Assembly: GCA_963555985.3 (NCBI GenBank)
Contig: OY820591.1
Location: forward strand, 2,400,001-2,464,000
Direction of reading: 5' to 3'
Origin: Dehalococcoidia bacterium
GTDB lineage: Bacteria > Chloroflexota > Dehalococcoidia > Bin125
Length of the DNA stretch: 64,000 bases
Made by a program: the position numbers and the translations under genes. Each line of letters starts with the position of its first letter. Within the stretch, counting starts at the first letter, position 1. Below are positions 16,908 to 26,646 of the stretch, piece by piece. The notes beneath the pieces are model-generated. The model searched no databases. It worked only from the letters and a program-made list of their open reading frames with translations, and was not told the DNA's origin.

Positions 16908-19460
16908 TTAGTGGACGGCGGCGGCTCCGGCTACGTTGAAGTTGGCGGCTCTTTGGGCCAAGAGTTGGTGTTGGGGGGAGCGGAGGTTGGGGTCTTGGTC
17001 GAGGATGCGGTTGGCCCATTGGCGGGCTTGTTGGATGAGGTTGTGGTCGGTGAGTTTGGCGACTCGGAGATCGGGGAGTCCGGCTTGACGGGTTCCGAAG
17101 TATTCGCCCGGGCCTCGCATTTCGAGGTCGACTTCGGCGAGTTCGAAGCCGTCGGCGGTTTGTTCCATGATCTTGAGGCGGCGTTGGGCTTCTTCGCCGT
17201 CGGTGTCGGAGATGAGGTAGCAGACGGAGGGGAGATTGCTGCGGCCGACGCGGCCGCGGAGTTGGTGGAGTTGGGCGAGCCCGAAGCGGTCGGCGGCTTC
17301 GATGGCCATGACGGTGGCGTTGGGGAGATCGACGCCGACTTCGACGACGATGGTAGAGACGAGGACATGGGCGCGTCCGGTGGTGAGATCGGCCATGACG
17401 GACTGTTTCTCGTCTGAGGCCATGCGTCCGTGCAGGAGTCTCATGCGGGGGGCGAGATCGGCGAGGGGGCCGTCCCTGAGGCGTTCGAATTCGGCGGTTG
17501 CGGCGGCTGCGTCGATCTCTTCGGACTCTTCGACCAGGGGGCAGATGATGAAGGACTGCCGGCCCGCCTGGGCTTCCTCGCGGATGCGTTGGTAGACCTC
17601 GGCTCGTCGATCCTGGGTGACGACCTGCGTGGCGACGCGCTGCCGACCCGGGGGAAGCTCGTTGATGACGGAGTTGTCGAGTTCGCCATAGATGGTGAGC
17701 GAGAGTGTGCGGGGGATGGGGGTGGCGGTCATTACGAGCAGGTGGGGGCTTGCGCCTTTGCCGCGCAGGGCGTCGCGCTGGAGCACGCCGAAGCGGTGCT
17801 GTTCGTCAACGATGGCGAGTCCGAGTTGTTTGAAGCCGGCGTCTTCCTGGATCAGGGCGTGGGTGCCGACGACAAGATCGAGGCTGCCCGACTCCATGCC
17901 CTCGCGGATCTCGTGCTTGCGGGAGGTTTTGACGCTGCCGGTGAGCAGGGCCATGCGGAGGGGACGGCCTAGGGCGGAGACGATCGAATAGTCGTAGAAG
18001 ACGGAATCGCCGGTACCGGTGAAGAGTCGGTGGAAGGTCTGGAAGTGCTGATTGGCGAGCACCTCGGTCGGGGCCATGAGGGCGGTCTGGTAGCCGGCCT
18101 TGACGGCGGCGAGCATGGCGGCGGCGGCGACGACGGTTTTGCCGGAACCGACGTCGCCTTGCAGGAGTCTCGCCATCGGTTCGCGGCGGGCGATGTCGTT
18201 GCGGATGTCAGTGAGGGCGCGGCTCTGGGCGGCGGTAAGTTCGAAGGGGAGGGCGGCGAGATATTGATCGAGGAAGTCGCCGCTCATGACGATGGGCGGG
18301 GCGTCGGCGCGGCGGCGGGCCTCGCGGCGGCGGGAGAGGACAGCGAGCTGGATGGCGAGCAGTTCCTGGAAGGCGATGCGTTCGCGGGCGCGTTCGCGCT
18401 GTTCGAGGTCGTCGGGGAAGTGCATGGCGCGGATGGCGTCGGGTTCGGAGGGGAAGTTGAGCTCGCGCAGCAGCGGTTGGGGCAGCGATTCGGCCAGCAG
18501 ATTGGCGTAGTCGCGGACGGCGGCGTGTGCGAGGCGGCGAATGGTGCGGTTGGTCAATCCCTGAGTGCGGGGATAGACGGGTGCGAGACGGCCGACATGG
18601 GCGGTGTCGTCGCTGGGATCGTCGAGGCGTTCCCATTCGGGAGATTCCATCACCAAGCGGCGACCGCGGTGACCGATTTTGCCTGAGAGTCCGACCCGCG
18701 TGCCGGGCTTGAGCGTGTTGGAGATCCAGCGTTGCCCCCACCACTGGACCTGGAGCGCGCCGGAGGCGTCGGCGACGACAGCTTCGGTGAGGACACGCTT
18801 GTTGCGCAGGTACTTGGTGTCGCAGGAACGGACTTCGGCGACGACGGTGACGGTCTCGCCGACGCTGAGGGCGGCGATGGAGCGCACGTCGCTCCAGTCC
18901 TGGTGTCTGATGGGCATGTGCCAGAGGAGGTCGTAGATGGTTTCGACGCCGATGCGGGCGAAGCCTCTGCGAGCGTCGGCGCGGATTGGGCCGAGCGTGG
19001 TGATGGGTTGCGCGAGCGGGTTGGTCGGATCTGTGGCGGAGGGAGCTTTTGCTCTCGAGCGCTGGCGCGGGGACCCCCCTCTGTCCCTGCGGGACATCTC
19101 CCCCCGCGATGCTGGGGGAGAGTTGGTTGGGTCACTGGGCAATGATTTTCGACGCGGGTTGGCGGATTTGGCGGGCGGCGCGCCCGGTTGGAGGGCCTCC
19201 AAGACACGCTCGGCCCACTCGGAGCGCTGCTTCGGGCTGAGCTTGGCGAACCCGCCTCCGCCCGGGGGCAGATCGGCGACGAAGCGTTTCAGGACTCGGG
19301 GTTGGCTCGGGGAGTTGAGGGCGCGTTGGAGGAACTGATCGACGGCGCGGGCGGTGGCGTCGTTGTCCCAGCCGGTTCGTCGCTGAGTGTCCAGAATTCT
19401 CAGCAACGCCTCGGCGGTCGCCGGGGCTGAGGGGGCTTGCGGCCGTCCCGATTCGGACAT
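16908..19460 (-). CDS. recG: ATP-dependent DNA helicase RecG
   Basis: LLQGDVGSGKT, DEQHRFG, MTATPIPRT, QLHQLRGRVGR, GTRQAG; start overlaps DegV stop (TGATG). Confidence 0.96.
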   Translation of the reverse strand: MSESGRPQAPSAPATAEALLRILDTQRRTGWDNDATARAVDQFLQRALNSPSQPRVLKRFVADLPPGGGGFAKLSPKQRSEWAERVLEALQPGAPPAKSANPRRKSLPSDPTNSPPASRGEMSRRDRGGSPRQRSRAKAPSATDPTNPLAQPITTLGPIRADARRGFARIGVETIYDLLWHMPIRHQDWSDVRSIAALSVGETVTVVAEVRSCDTKYLRNKRVLTEAVVADASGALQVQWWGQRWISNTLKPGTRVGLSGKIGHRGRRLVMESPEWERLDDPSDDTAHVGRLAPVYPRTQGLTNRTIRRLAHAAVRDYANLLAESLPQPLLRELNFPSEPDAIRAMHFPDDLEQRERARERIAFQELLAIQLAVLSRRREARRRADAPPIVMSGDFLDQYLAALPFELTAAQSRALTDIRNDIARREPMARLLQGDVGSGKTVVAAAAMLAAVKAGYQTALMAPTEVLANQHFQTFHRLFTGTGDSVFYDYSIVSALGRPLRMALLTGSVKTSRKHEIREGMESGSLDLVVGTHALIQEDAGFKQLGLAIVDEQHRFGVLQRDALRGKGASPHLLVMTATPIPRTLSLTIYGELDNSVINELPPGRQRVATQVVTQDRRAEVYQRIREEAQAGRQSFIICPLVEESEEIDAAAATAEFERLRDGPLADLAPRMRLLHGRMASDEKQSVMADLTTGRAHVLVSTIVVEVGVDLPNATVMAIEAADRFGLAQLHQLRGRVGRSNLPSVCYLISDTDGEEAQRRLKIMEQTADGFELAEVDLEMRGPGEYFGTRQAGLPDLRVAKLTDHNLIQQARQWANRILDQDPNLRSPQHQLLAQRAANFNVAGAAAVH
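19074..19122 (+). repeat. RIME-like repeat inside the recG coding sequence
   Basis: CCCCCCTCT-GTCCCTGCGGGAC-ATCTCCCCCCGCGATGCTGGGGGAGAG; closely matches intergenic copy 20452-20500. Confidence 0.85.
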
Positions 19461-20311
19461 CAGGCGGGCCGCATCACCGCGACGCCGACGGTGCCGGGTC
19501 CAACGTGTGCGCCGATCGCGGGGCTGGTGAGAACGGTCTCGACGGGCATTCCGTCGCAGGCCTGGGAGATTCGTTGGGCGAGGGCGTCAGCGTCGTTCGG
19601 GGTGGCGCCGTGGAGGATGCCGACGCGCTGGGGCTGTCCTTCGGCCATGATGTGTGTGAAGAGGCGGTCGAGGGCTTTCTTGCGGGTGCGGGGGCGTTCG
19701 ATGTCGATGATTTCGCCGTCAACGAGTTCGAGCAGTGGTCTCATGCGGAGGAGGCGTCCGGCGAGGTGCCGGGCGCGCCCGATGCGTCCGCCGCGGAGGA
19801 GATAGTCGAGGGTTTCGACGAAGACGAGGATGCGAACCTGAGCGGCGGTGTCGCGCGCGGCCTGGGCAGCTTCGGCGGCGGTCGCTCCGGCTTGGGCGGC
19901 TGCGAGCGCGGCTTCGGCGGCCCAGCCAACGCCCAATGATGCGGAGAGGGTATCAACAACCTCGACCTTGACTCCGTTTTCGAGCAGTCCTGCGCCCTGG
20001 CGGGCGGAATTGACGGTGCCCGAGAGCTTGCCGCTGACGTGAACGGAGACAATTTCGTCCACATCCTCGCTGGCGGCAAGTCCGGCGTAAGCGTCGCGGA
20101 AAGCGCCGGGGGCGGGCTGGGAGGTGGTGGGGAGTTCACCTCCGGCGGAAAGGGTGCGTTGCATTCGTTGCCAGAATTCGTCTTTGCCGAGGTTGACACC
20201 GTCTTCAAAGACTTCGTCGCCGAATTGCAAGTGGATGGGGACGACGTGGATGTCCGGGATCTGGCCTTGTTCGAGGTCGGAGGTGGAGTCGGTGACGATG
20301 GCGACGGACAT
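19460..20311 (-). CDS. DegV-family fatty acid binding protein (FakB-like)
   Basis: IVTDSTSDL, PTTSQPAPG, SGKLSGT, LLRGGRIG, IGAHVGPG. Confidence 0.94.
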   Translation of the reverse strand: MSVAIVTDSTSDLEQGQIPDIHVVPIHLQFGDEVFEDGVNLGKDEFWQRMQRTLSAGGELPTTSQPAPGAFRDAYAGLAASEDVDEIVSVHVSGKLSGTVNSARQGAGLLENGVKVEVVDTLSASLGVGWAAEAALAAAQAGATAAEAAQAARDTAAQVRILVFVETLDYLLRGGRIGRARHLAGRLLRMRPLLELVDGEIIDIERPRTRKKALDRLFTHIMAEGQPQRVGILHGATPNDADALAQRISQACDGMPVETVLTSPAIGAHVGPGTVGVAVMRPA

Positions 20312-20451
20312 GTGCTTTGTGTCTCTTTCGCGGCCGGGCCCAGCGGGTGTCGCTATGGGCGCGGGGATGGCTTGGCCTGCACGATTACCGTAGCGAACGG
20401 GGTTGGTCTTGCGGGTGTTGGGGATGGCGCGGCGACGGCGATCCGGGCGGA

Positions 20452-20500
20452 CCCCCCTCTGTCACTTCGTGACATCTCCCCCCGCGATGCGGGGGGAGAG
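20452..20500 (+). repeat. RIME-like repeat (family D)
   Basis: CCCCCCTCT-GTCACTTCGTGAC-ATCTCCCCCCGCGATGCGGGGGGAGAG. Confidence 0.85.
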
Positions 20501-20521
20501 TGGCTGTGGTTGCTTACTGCT

Positions 20522-22141
20522 CTATTCGAGGGCCAGGAGCCAAGGGTAGTGGGGTTGTCCGCCGGGGATGAGTTCGACTTCGAGGTCGGTGGCGTTGGCG
20601 ATGGCTTGGGCGAGTTCTTCGGCTTGGTCTTCGGTGATGTTGTCGCCCCAGTAGAGGGTGAGCAGGGAACCGTCTCCGGATTGGGCCATGCGCGCGGCTA
20701 GGGAGAGTGCGACTTCGGTCGAGGTTTGGCCGGATTCGACGATTTGTCCGTTGAGCATGGCGAAGGGTTGGCCTTGCCGGAGAGGGGTGTCGCCTTCGAG
20801 GGTGCGGGCGGCGTAGGTGACCTGGCCGACGCTGACGGCGTCGAGGCCTTCGGTCATTTCGGAGACCACATCTTCGACGGGGACACCGCCGATGACCGAG
20901 GCGAGAGCGGCGACGCCTTCGGCCTGGCTGTCGGTGTCGATGATGTGGAAGCGCTGGGCGTCGTCGGCTGCGGCGGCGAGTTCTCCGGCTCGCTGGGCGG
21001 CGGGGGTGACGTTGTGGTGGTTGGGGAGGACGATGACGTCTACTCCCTTCACCGACTCGGCGGCTGAGAGGAGCATTTCGACGGAGGGATTGTCGGAGGC
21101 GCCGCCGCTGACCAGGGCGGCTGCGCCGAGCTCGCGGAAGACTTCGACGAAGCCAGCGCCCTGGACGACAGCGACGACGGCTGGGTCGGTATCGGCCTCG
21201 TGGGTGCGCGCGGCTTGCTGGCGCATATCGACGGCGCGGAAGGCTCGGAGCGCGCCCGCTTCTGAGGCGGCGGTGTAGGCGAGTTCGGGTTCGGTGGTGT
21301 GGAGGTGGATGCGGAGATCGTCGCCGTCGGGGGCGAGCATGACGGTCTCGTCTTCGCCTTCGAGGGCGGCTTTGAGATCGTCGGGGGCGGCGACGCCGCT
21401 GACGACCAGCTCGGTACAGAAGCCGTCGAATTCGCCTTCGACATCAAGGCGACGGGCGAGCCAGCCCGGATCGATTGAGCCGAGTTCCTGGGGCAGCTCG
21501 GGAATTTCTTCACCGGCCAATGCGCCGGTCATGCCTCGGAGCATGAACTCAAGGCCTCTTGCACCGGCGTCCACGACACCGGCGTCGGCAAGGACGGGAT
21601 TTTGCTCGGGGGTGCGTTCGACCGATTCAGCGGCGGCTTGGGCGGCGATCTGCATGAGCGCGAGGGGGTTGGCGGCGCTCGCCTCGGCGACGTGTTGGGC
21701 GGTGTCGCGGGCGACGGAGATCATGGTGCCGTCGCGGGGTTCGGAGACGGCGTGCAAGGCTGCGTCGGCGGCTGCGGTCAGCGCATGGGCGAGCGTGCCT
21801 GCATCGGGAGCATCGGTGTTAGCGAGTCCGTTGGAGAATCCGCGCAGCCATTGCGCGCCGATCACGCCGGAGCTGCCGCGCCCGCCGAGCAAGGCGGCGG
21901 AGGCGGCGGTGGAAGCGACGGTGTAGGCGCTCGCGCCGGGTTCGAGTGCGTCGGCGGCCTGGAGGGCGGCGGCGAGGGTGCGTCCGAGGTTTGCGCCGGT
22001 GTCGCCATCGGGGACGGGGAAGACGTTGATCTGGTTGAGCGCCTCACGATGGAGGGCGACCCAGCCGGCGGCGCCGGCGATCATGCGGCGCATCGCCTCG
22101 CCGTCCAGCGCGTGTTCGCTTGCGCTCTGTGGTTGGGTCAT
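20522..22141 (-). CDS. DAK2-domain protein (fatty acid kinase FakA/YloV-like)
   Basis: INVFPVPDGDTGAN, GVVDAGA, FCTE, GGQPHY; ATG 22141 with GAGG RBS; next to rpmB and DegV. Confidence 0.92.
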   Translation of the reverse strand: MTQPQSASEHALDGEAMRRMIAGAAGWVALHREALNQINVFPVPDGDTGANLGRTLAAALQAADALEPGASAYTVASTAASAALLGGRGSSGVIGAQWLRGFSNGLANTDAPDAGTLAHALTAAADAALHAVSEPRDGTMISVARDTAQHVAEASAANPLALMQIAAQAAAESVERTPEQNPVLADAGVVDAGARGLEFMLRGMTGALAGEEIPELPQELGSIDPGWLARRLDVEGEFDGFCTELVVSGVAAPDDLKAALEGEDETVMLAPDGDDLRIHLHTTEPELAYTAASEAGALRAFRAVDMRQQAARTHEADTDPAVVAVVQGAGFVEVFRELGAAALVSGGASDNPSVEMLLSAAESVKGVDVIVLPNHHNVTPAAQRAGELAAAADDAQRFHIIDTDSQAEGVAALASVIGGVPVEDVVSEMTEGLDAVSVGQVTYAARTLEGDTPLRQGQPFAMLNGQIVESGQTSTEVALSLAARMAQSGDGSLLTLYWGDNITEDQAEELAQAIANATDLEVELIPGGQPHYPWLLALE

Positions 22142-22185
22142 CGTTTCATCCTCAAGGGCGCGGCGCGGTTGTGGCGTGGGTATCG

Positions 22186-22213
22186 TTGCCCGCGCGGGGG
22201 GTACTGGTATGAT
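22186..22213 (+). promoter_or_regulatory. Sigma70-type promoter for rpmB
   Basis: TTGCCC-16 bp-TATGAT with extended -10 (TGnTATGAT). Confidence 0.55.
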
Positions 22214-22269
22214 ACGGCGCAGACGCGCTCGGAGAGCAGGGCGCGCAAGCGCGTACAAGGGCAGTGGCG

Positions 22270-22485
22270 ATGGCCGGCAAGTGCGATCTCTGCGAGAAGC
22301 GGACGAGTTTCGGACGCAACATCCGGCACAAGCACTCCGGTCGCTGGAAGCGGAAGGCGCCGCGCACGTCGCGGACCTTCAAGCCGAACGTGCACCGCCA
22401 CAAGCTGACGATTGACGGTAAGACGGTACGTCTGAACGTCTGCACTGGCTGCCTGCGCACCATGATGAAGCGGCTCGCGGCGTAA
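22270..22485 (+). CDS. rpmB: 50S ribosomal protein L28
   Basis: CDLC...GRNIRH...RTFKPNV...VCTGCLR. Confidence 0.95.
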   Translation: MAGKCDLCEKRTSFGRNIRHKHSGRWKRKAPRTSRTFKPNVHRHKLTIDGKTVRLNVCTGCLRTMMKRLAA

Positions 22486-22661
22486 GCGCCACGGGAATTG
22501 CCGCAGATCGGATCGGACCGCTCCCTCACTGACCCAGACCGGCGGACGAAGCGTCCGCGCATCCCTTAACGACTTGTGCCCAACGGCGTGAGGGCATTTG
22601 TCCGAAGCGCCGAACTATTTTCGAGACCGCACTGCAGACCACGGAACCGAGACTGAACGAG

Positions 22662-23138
22662 ATGCGAATTTACGTCGGAAACCTGCCGTTCCGAACCACC
22701 ACGGACGAGTTGCGCGATTTGTTCGCCGAGCACGGCGTCGTGCAAGATTGCGTGATCCCGGTTGATCGCGACACCGGTCGCTCGCGCGGCTTTGGCTTTG
22801 TCGACATGGATGACGAAGAGGCCCAAGGCGCGATCACCGCGCTGGACGGCGCCGACCTAGACGGTCGCCAACTGCGGGTGAACGAAGCGCGACCGCGCGG
22901 CGGCGGTGGTGGCGGTGGCGGCGGCTACCGCGACGATCGCGGCGGTGGCGGCGGTGGCGGCGGTGGCTACCGTGAGGATCGCGGGGGCGGCTACCGCGAC
23001 GATCGCGGCGGCTATCGAGAGGATCGCGGGAGCGGCCAGCGCGGCGGTGGCGGCTACCGTGACGACCGCGAACCGCGCTACACCGATCGCGGGCGTCGGG
23101 ACAGTTACGGCGGCGGCGGACGAGAGCGCCGCTGGTAG
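22662..23138 (+). CDS. RRM RNA-binding protein with Gly/Arg/Asp-rich tail
   Basis: RNP2 IYVGNL, RNP1 RGFGFV, VNEARPR, five GGYR(D/E)DR repeats. Confidence 0.95.
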   Translation: MRIYVGNLPFRTTTDELRDLFAEHGVVQDCVIPVDRDTGRSRGFGFVDMDDEEAQGAITALDGADLDGRQLRVNEARPRGGGGGGGGGYRDDRGGGGGGGGGYREDRGGGYRDDRGGYREDRGSGQRGGGGYRDDREPRYTDRGRRDSYGGGGRERRW

Positions 23139-23152
23139 ACGCTGCCGGGTCT

Positions 23153-24292
23153 TTGTCGGGCCCCGACCAGGTCCAGGTGCACGAACTTGGCTTCGGCCGT
23201 GAGGCCGAGCCGTTCATTGATGTGCTCTGGACGGTCTACGCGGACGATCCGAACTGGATTCCGACACTGCGCCGCGCTCAACGCGAGCGGCTGGATCCGG
23301 GCAAGACGCCGTTCCTGCGATACGGCCAGGCGCAGTTGTTCCTGGCCGAGCGAGGCGGGCGCGCGGTTGGCCGGATCTCGGCGCAGATCAATCCGCTGCA
23401 CGATGAGAAGTGGGGCGAACGGGCGGGGTTCTTCGGGCACTTCGACTGCCTCAACGATCCTGAAGCGGCGCGGGCGCTGTTCGAGGCTGCCGAACGCTGG
23501 CTTCGGGAGCGGGGCGCGAGTTTCGCGCGCGGGCCGTTCAGCTTCACGATCAACGATGAGTCGGGCTGTCTGGTGGAGGGCTTCGAGACGCCGCCGATGG
23601 TGGCGATGCCGCACGGACGGCGCTGGTTTCCCGAGCTGATTGAGGCGAACGGCTACGGCAAAGTCAAAGACCTGTGGGCGTATCGGTACCCGGTCGACTC
23701 AGAGTTGGAGGAGCGGCGGCAGCGGGCGTGGGAACGAATTCACGCGCATCCGCGTGTGCGGGTGCGGTCGTTCGAGAAACGAGCGCTGCGGCGTGACGTG
23801 CGGATCGCGGCGGAGATTTACAACGAGTCCTGGGCGGAGAACTGGGGCTCGGTGCCGATCACGCCGGAGGAGGCGGATCGGCTGGCGGACGATCTGGTGC
23901 AGTTCGCGGATCCGGAGCTGACAGCGATCATCGAGATCGACGGCGATCCGGCGGCGATGGTGATCGCGATTCCGAATCTGAATGAGTGCGCGCGGGATAT
24001 TGACGGGCGGCTGTTCCCGTTCGGTTGGGCGAAGCTGCTCTGGCGGTTGCGTCGGAGCCCGACAAGCGGGCGGGTGATGCTGCTAGGGGTGCGTCCGAAG
24101 TGGCGGATTCGGGAGTTCGCGCAGATTGGGGTGATGCTGACGGCGGAAGTACATGTGCGCGGTCGGGCGCACGGATATGAGTGGGCGGAGTTGGGCTGGG
24201 TGTTGGAGGACAACCGGTTGCTGAATCATCAGTTGGCGCGGACTCGGGCGGAGGTGAACAAGGTGTATCGAGTGTATGAGAAGGCGCTGTGA
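23153..24292 (+). CDS. YghO / bacterial ceramide synthase-like double GNAT protein
   Basis: YADDPNWIP, VGRISAQI, GFFGHFDC, RGPFSFTINDESG, EGFETPP, ELGWVLEDN, KVYRVYEK; start uncertain. Confidence 0.8.
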   Translation: MSGPDQVQVHELGFGREAEPFIDVLWTVYADDPNWIPTLRRAQRERLDPGKTPFLRYGQAQLFLAERGGRAVGRISAQINPLHDEKWGERAGFFGHFDCLNDPEAARALFEAAERWLRERGASFARGPFSFTINDESGCLVEGFETPPMVAMPHGRRWFPELIEANGYGKVKDLWAYRYPVDSELEERRQRAWERIHAHPRVRVRSFEKRALRRDVRIAAEIYNESWAENWGSVPITPEEADRLADDLVQFADPELTAIIEIDGDPAAMVIAIPNLNECARDIDGRLFPFGWAKLLWRLRRSPTSGRVMLLGVRPKWRIREFAQIGVMLTAEVHVRGRAHGYEWAELGWVLEDNRLLNHQLARTRAEVNKVYRVYEKAL

Positions 24293-24369
24293 GTGTGAGG
24301 GCGCGGATCGCACGATGTGAGGTCGGTGGTACGACCAGATAAGGAAGCAGCTTCGGACTTAGGAGGTTC

Positions 24370-24421
24370 GAGATTCCCGCCTGCGCGGGAATGACGGATT
24401 TTGGGGTTACGCGCAGGTCTC
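24370..24421. repeat. Family B palindrome followed by a MITE family 2 right TIR
   Basis: GAGATTCCCGCCTGCGCGGGAATGAC then TTACGCGCAGGTCTC. Confidence 0.75.
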
Positions 24422-24450
24422 CTTGAGGGAGAGAGTTTCCTTCGACGCGC

Positions 24451-25125
24451 TCAGGCGGATAGGGCTTGGCGGAGGCGGGTAACGGCTTCGGTGACTGATT
24501 CGCGGTTGTTGTAGATGGCGGAGCCGGCTACTAGCCAGGTTGCGCCTGCATTGACGATCTGGTTGATGGTGGACTCGTTGACTCCGCCGTCTACGGCGAC
24601 CAGGGCTTCGGGGCGTCCGGCTTGAGCGAGCATTGCGCGGGCTTGGCGGATGCGGTTGAGGGATTCGGGGATGAAGGCTTGGCCTCCCCAGCCGGGGTTG
24701 ACGCTCATGATCTGGATGCGGTCGCAGACGGGGAGGACGGCTTCGAGTTCGGTGAGAGGGGTACCGGGGTTGAGGGTGACGCCGGCTTCTCGTCCGGCGG
24801 CGCGGATCTGTTGCAGGAGGCGGTGGGGGTGGCGGGTGGATTCGATGTGGATGGTGACGCAATCGACGCCGGCGTTGATGAAGTCGTCGAGGTGGCGTTC
24901 GGGTTCGGCGACCATGAGGTGGGCTTCGATGGGCAGTGCGGTGAGACCGCGCACGGCCTGGGCCATTTGAGCGCCAAAGGTGATGGGGGGGACGAAGTTT
25001 CCGTCCATTACGTCGAGCGAGATCCAGTCCACGCCGGCGGCTTCTGCGTCGTGGATCTGTTCGCCGAGGCGAGTCCAGTCGGCGCTGAGGATGGAGGGGG
25101 CGAGTTGGATGTTGGGGCGGCTCAC
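24451..25125 (-). CDS. rpe: Ribulose-phosphate 3-epimerase
   Basis: LAPSILSAD, DVMDGNFVP, EAHLMV, MSVNPGWGGQ, VDGG. Confidence 0.96.
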   Translation of the reverse strand: MSRPNIQLAPSILSADWTRLGEQIHDAEAAGVDWISLDVMDGNFVPPITFGAQMAQAVRGLTALPIEAHLMVAEPERHLDDFINAGVDCVTIHIESTRHPHRLLQQIRAAGREAGVTLNPGTPLTELEAVLPVCDRIQIMSVNPGWGGQAFIPESLNRIRQARAMLAQAGRPEALVAVDGGVNESTINQIVNAGATWLVAGSAIYNNRESVTEAVTRLRQALSA

Positions 25126-26639
25126 TTGCGGCCTTTTCGGCGCTTCTCGTCTTTGGCTGCGGCGCGCGCGGCGGCGCGGCGGGCGGCGCGGCTGGGGCCG
25201 GTCTCCGGCTCCGGCGGATCGGCGGGCGGCGGCGGTGGAGCTTCCTGTAAGCCCAGATGCTCTTTCATTTCCTCCAGGGCGATGCGGACCTGATTGGGGG
25301 CGGTACCGCCGGGGAGATCGCGGGCGGCCAAGGCAGCTTCCGCGGTCATGCCTACGGCGTCGGCTGCGAAGGCTTGATGGCCGTCTTGGAGTTCGGAGAG
25401 GGTGAGTTGGGAGAGGCTGATTCCGCGCTGCTCGCAGAGTCGGACGAGTCCGCCGATGATGCCGTGGGCTTCGCGGAAGGGGACGCCCTTGCGGGTGAGG
25501 TGGTCGGCGTAGTCGGTGGCGAGGATGAAGGGATCGTCGTCGACCATGGCGCGGGCGCGGTCGCCGTCGACGCGGGCGGTGAGCATGGCGCGGGTGAGCA
25601 CGTGGAGGGTGCCGATCAGGGTTTCGGCGGTGTCGAAGAGGCCGGATTTGTCTTCCTGGAGGTCGCGGTTGTAGGCGAGCGGCAGGCCTTTGAGGGTGGT
25701 GAGCAGTGCGGTCAGGTGTCCGATGACCTTGCCGGTGCGTCCACGGGCCAGTTCGGCGACGTCGGGATTGCGCTTCTGAGGCATGATCGAGGAGCCGGTG
25801 GTGAAGGCGTCGGCGAATTGGAGCAGGCCGAACTCGGCTGAGCTCCAGAGGATCACGTCCTCGCAGAGGCGGGAGACGTTGACCATGCAGATCGCGGCGT
25901 TGGAGATGAATTCGAGGATGTAATCACGGGAGGAGACGGCGTCCATGCTGTTGCGGGAGATCAGCTCAAAGCCGAGATCGTCGGCGACGCCCTCGCGATC
26001 GAGCGGGTAGGCGGCGCCGGCCAGGGCAGCGCTGCCGAGCGGCATGATGTCGGCGCGGGCGAAGGAGTCGACCAGGCGCTCGGCGTCGCGGTCGAACATT
26101 TCGACGTAGGCGAGGAGATGATGAGCGAAGAGCACCGGTTGGGCGCGCTGGAGGTGGGTGTAGCCGGGGAGGTAGACATCGAAGTTGCGCTCGGCCAGTT
26201 CGATCAGGGCAGTTTGCAGGCCGCGGAGCGCGCCGGCTGCCTGGATGATGACATCGCGCACGAACATGCGGGTGTCGAGCGCGACTTGGTCGTTGCGGGA
26301 GCGGGCAGTGTGGAGGCGACCGGCGGTGTCTGCGCCGATGATCTGGGCCAGGCGGGCCTCGACGTGGGTGTGGATGTCTTCGAGTTCGTGGTTGAGCTCG
26401 AAGCCGCCCTCTTCGATCTCGGTTTCGATTTGATCGAGGCCGCCGAGGATGCGAGTGGCTTCGCGGTTGTCGATGATGTGCTGCCTGGCGAGCATCTGCA
26501 CGTGGGCGCGAGAGCCATCGATGTCGTGGCGGAAGAGGAGCAGGTCGGTAGTGATCGAGGCGGTGTAGGCCTGGACGAGTTCGTCGGGCGCTTCGTCGAA
26601 GCGTCCGCCCCAGAGCCGTTGGGTATCTGTATCAGCCAT
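25122..26639 (-). CDS. argH: Argininosuccinate lyase
   Basis: LWGGRF, HTARSRNDQ, PGYTHLQRAQP, GSSIMPQKRNPD, YNRDLQEDK. Confidence 0.97.
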   Translation of the reverse strand: MADTDTQRLWGGRFDEAPDELVQAYTASITTDLLLFRHDIDGSRAHVQMLARQHIIDNREATRILGGLDQIETEIEEGGFELNHELEDIHTHVEARLAQIIGADTAGRLHTARSRNDQVALDTRMFVRDVIIQAAGALRGLQTALIELAERNFDVYLPGYTHLQRAQPVLFAHHLLAYVEMFDRDAERLVDSFARADIMPLGSAALAGAAYPLDREGVADDLGFELISRNSMDAVSSRDYILEFISNAAICMVNVSRLCEDVILWSSAEFGLLQFADAFTTGSSIMPQKRNPDVAELARGRTGKVIGHLTALLTTLKGLPLAYNRDLQEDKSGLFDTAETLIGTLHVLTRAMLTARVDGDRARAMVDDDPFILATDYADHLTRKGVPFREAHGIIGGLVRLCEQRGISLSQLTLSELQDGHQAFAADAVGMTAEAALAARDLPGGTAPNQVRIALEEMKEHLGLQEAPPPPPADPPEPETGPSRAARRAAARAAAKDEKRRKGRK

Positions 26640-26646
26640 GCTTACT

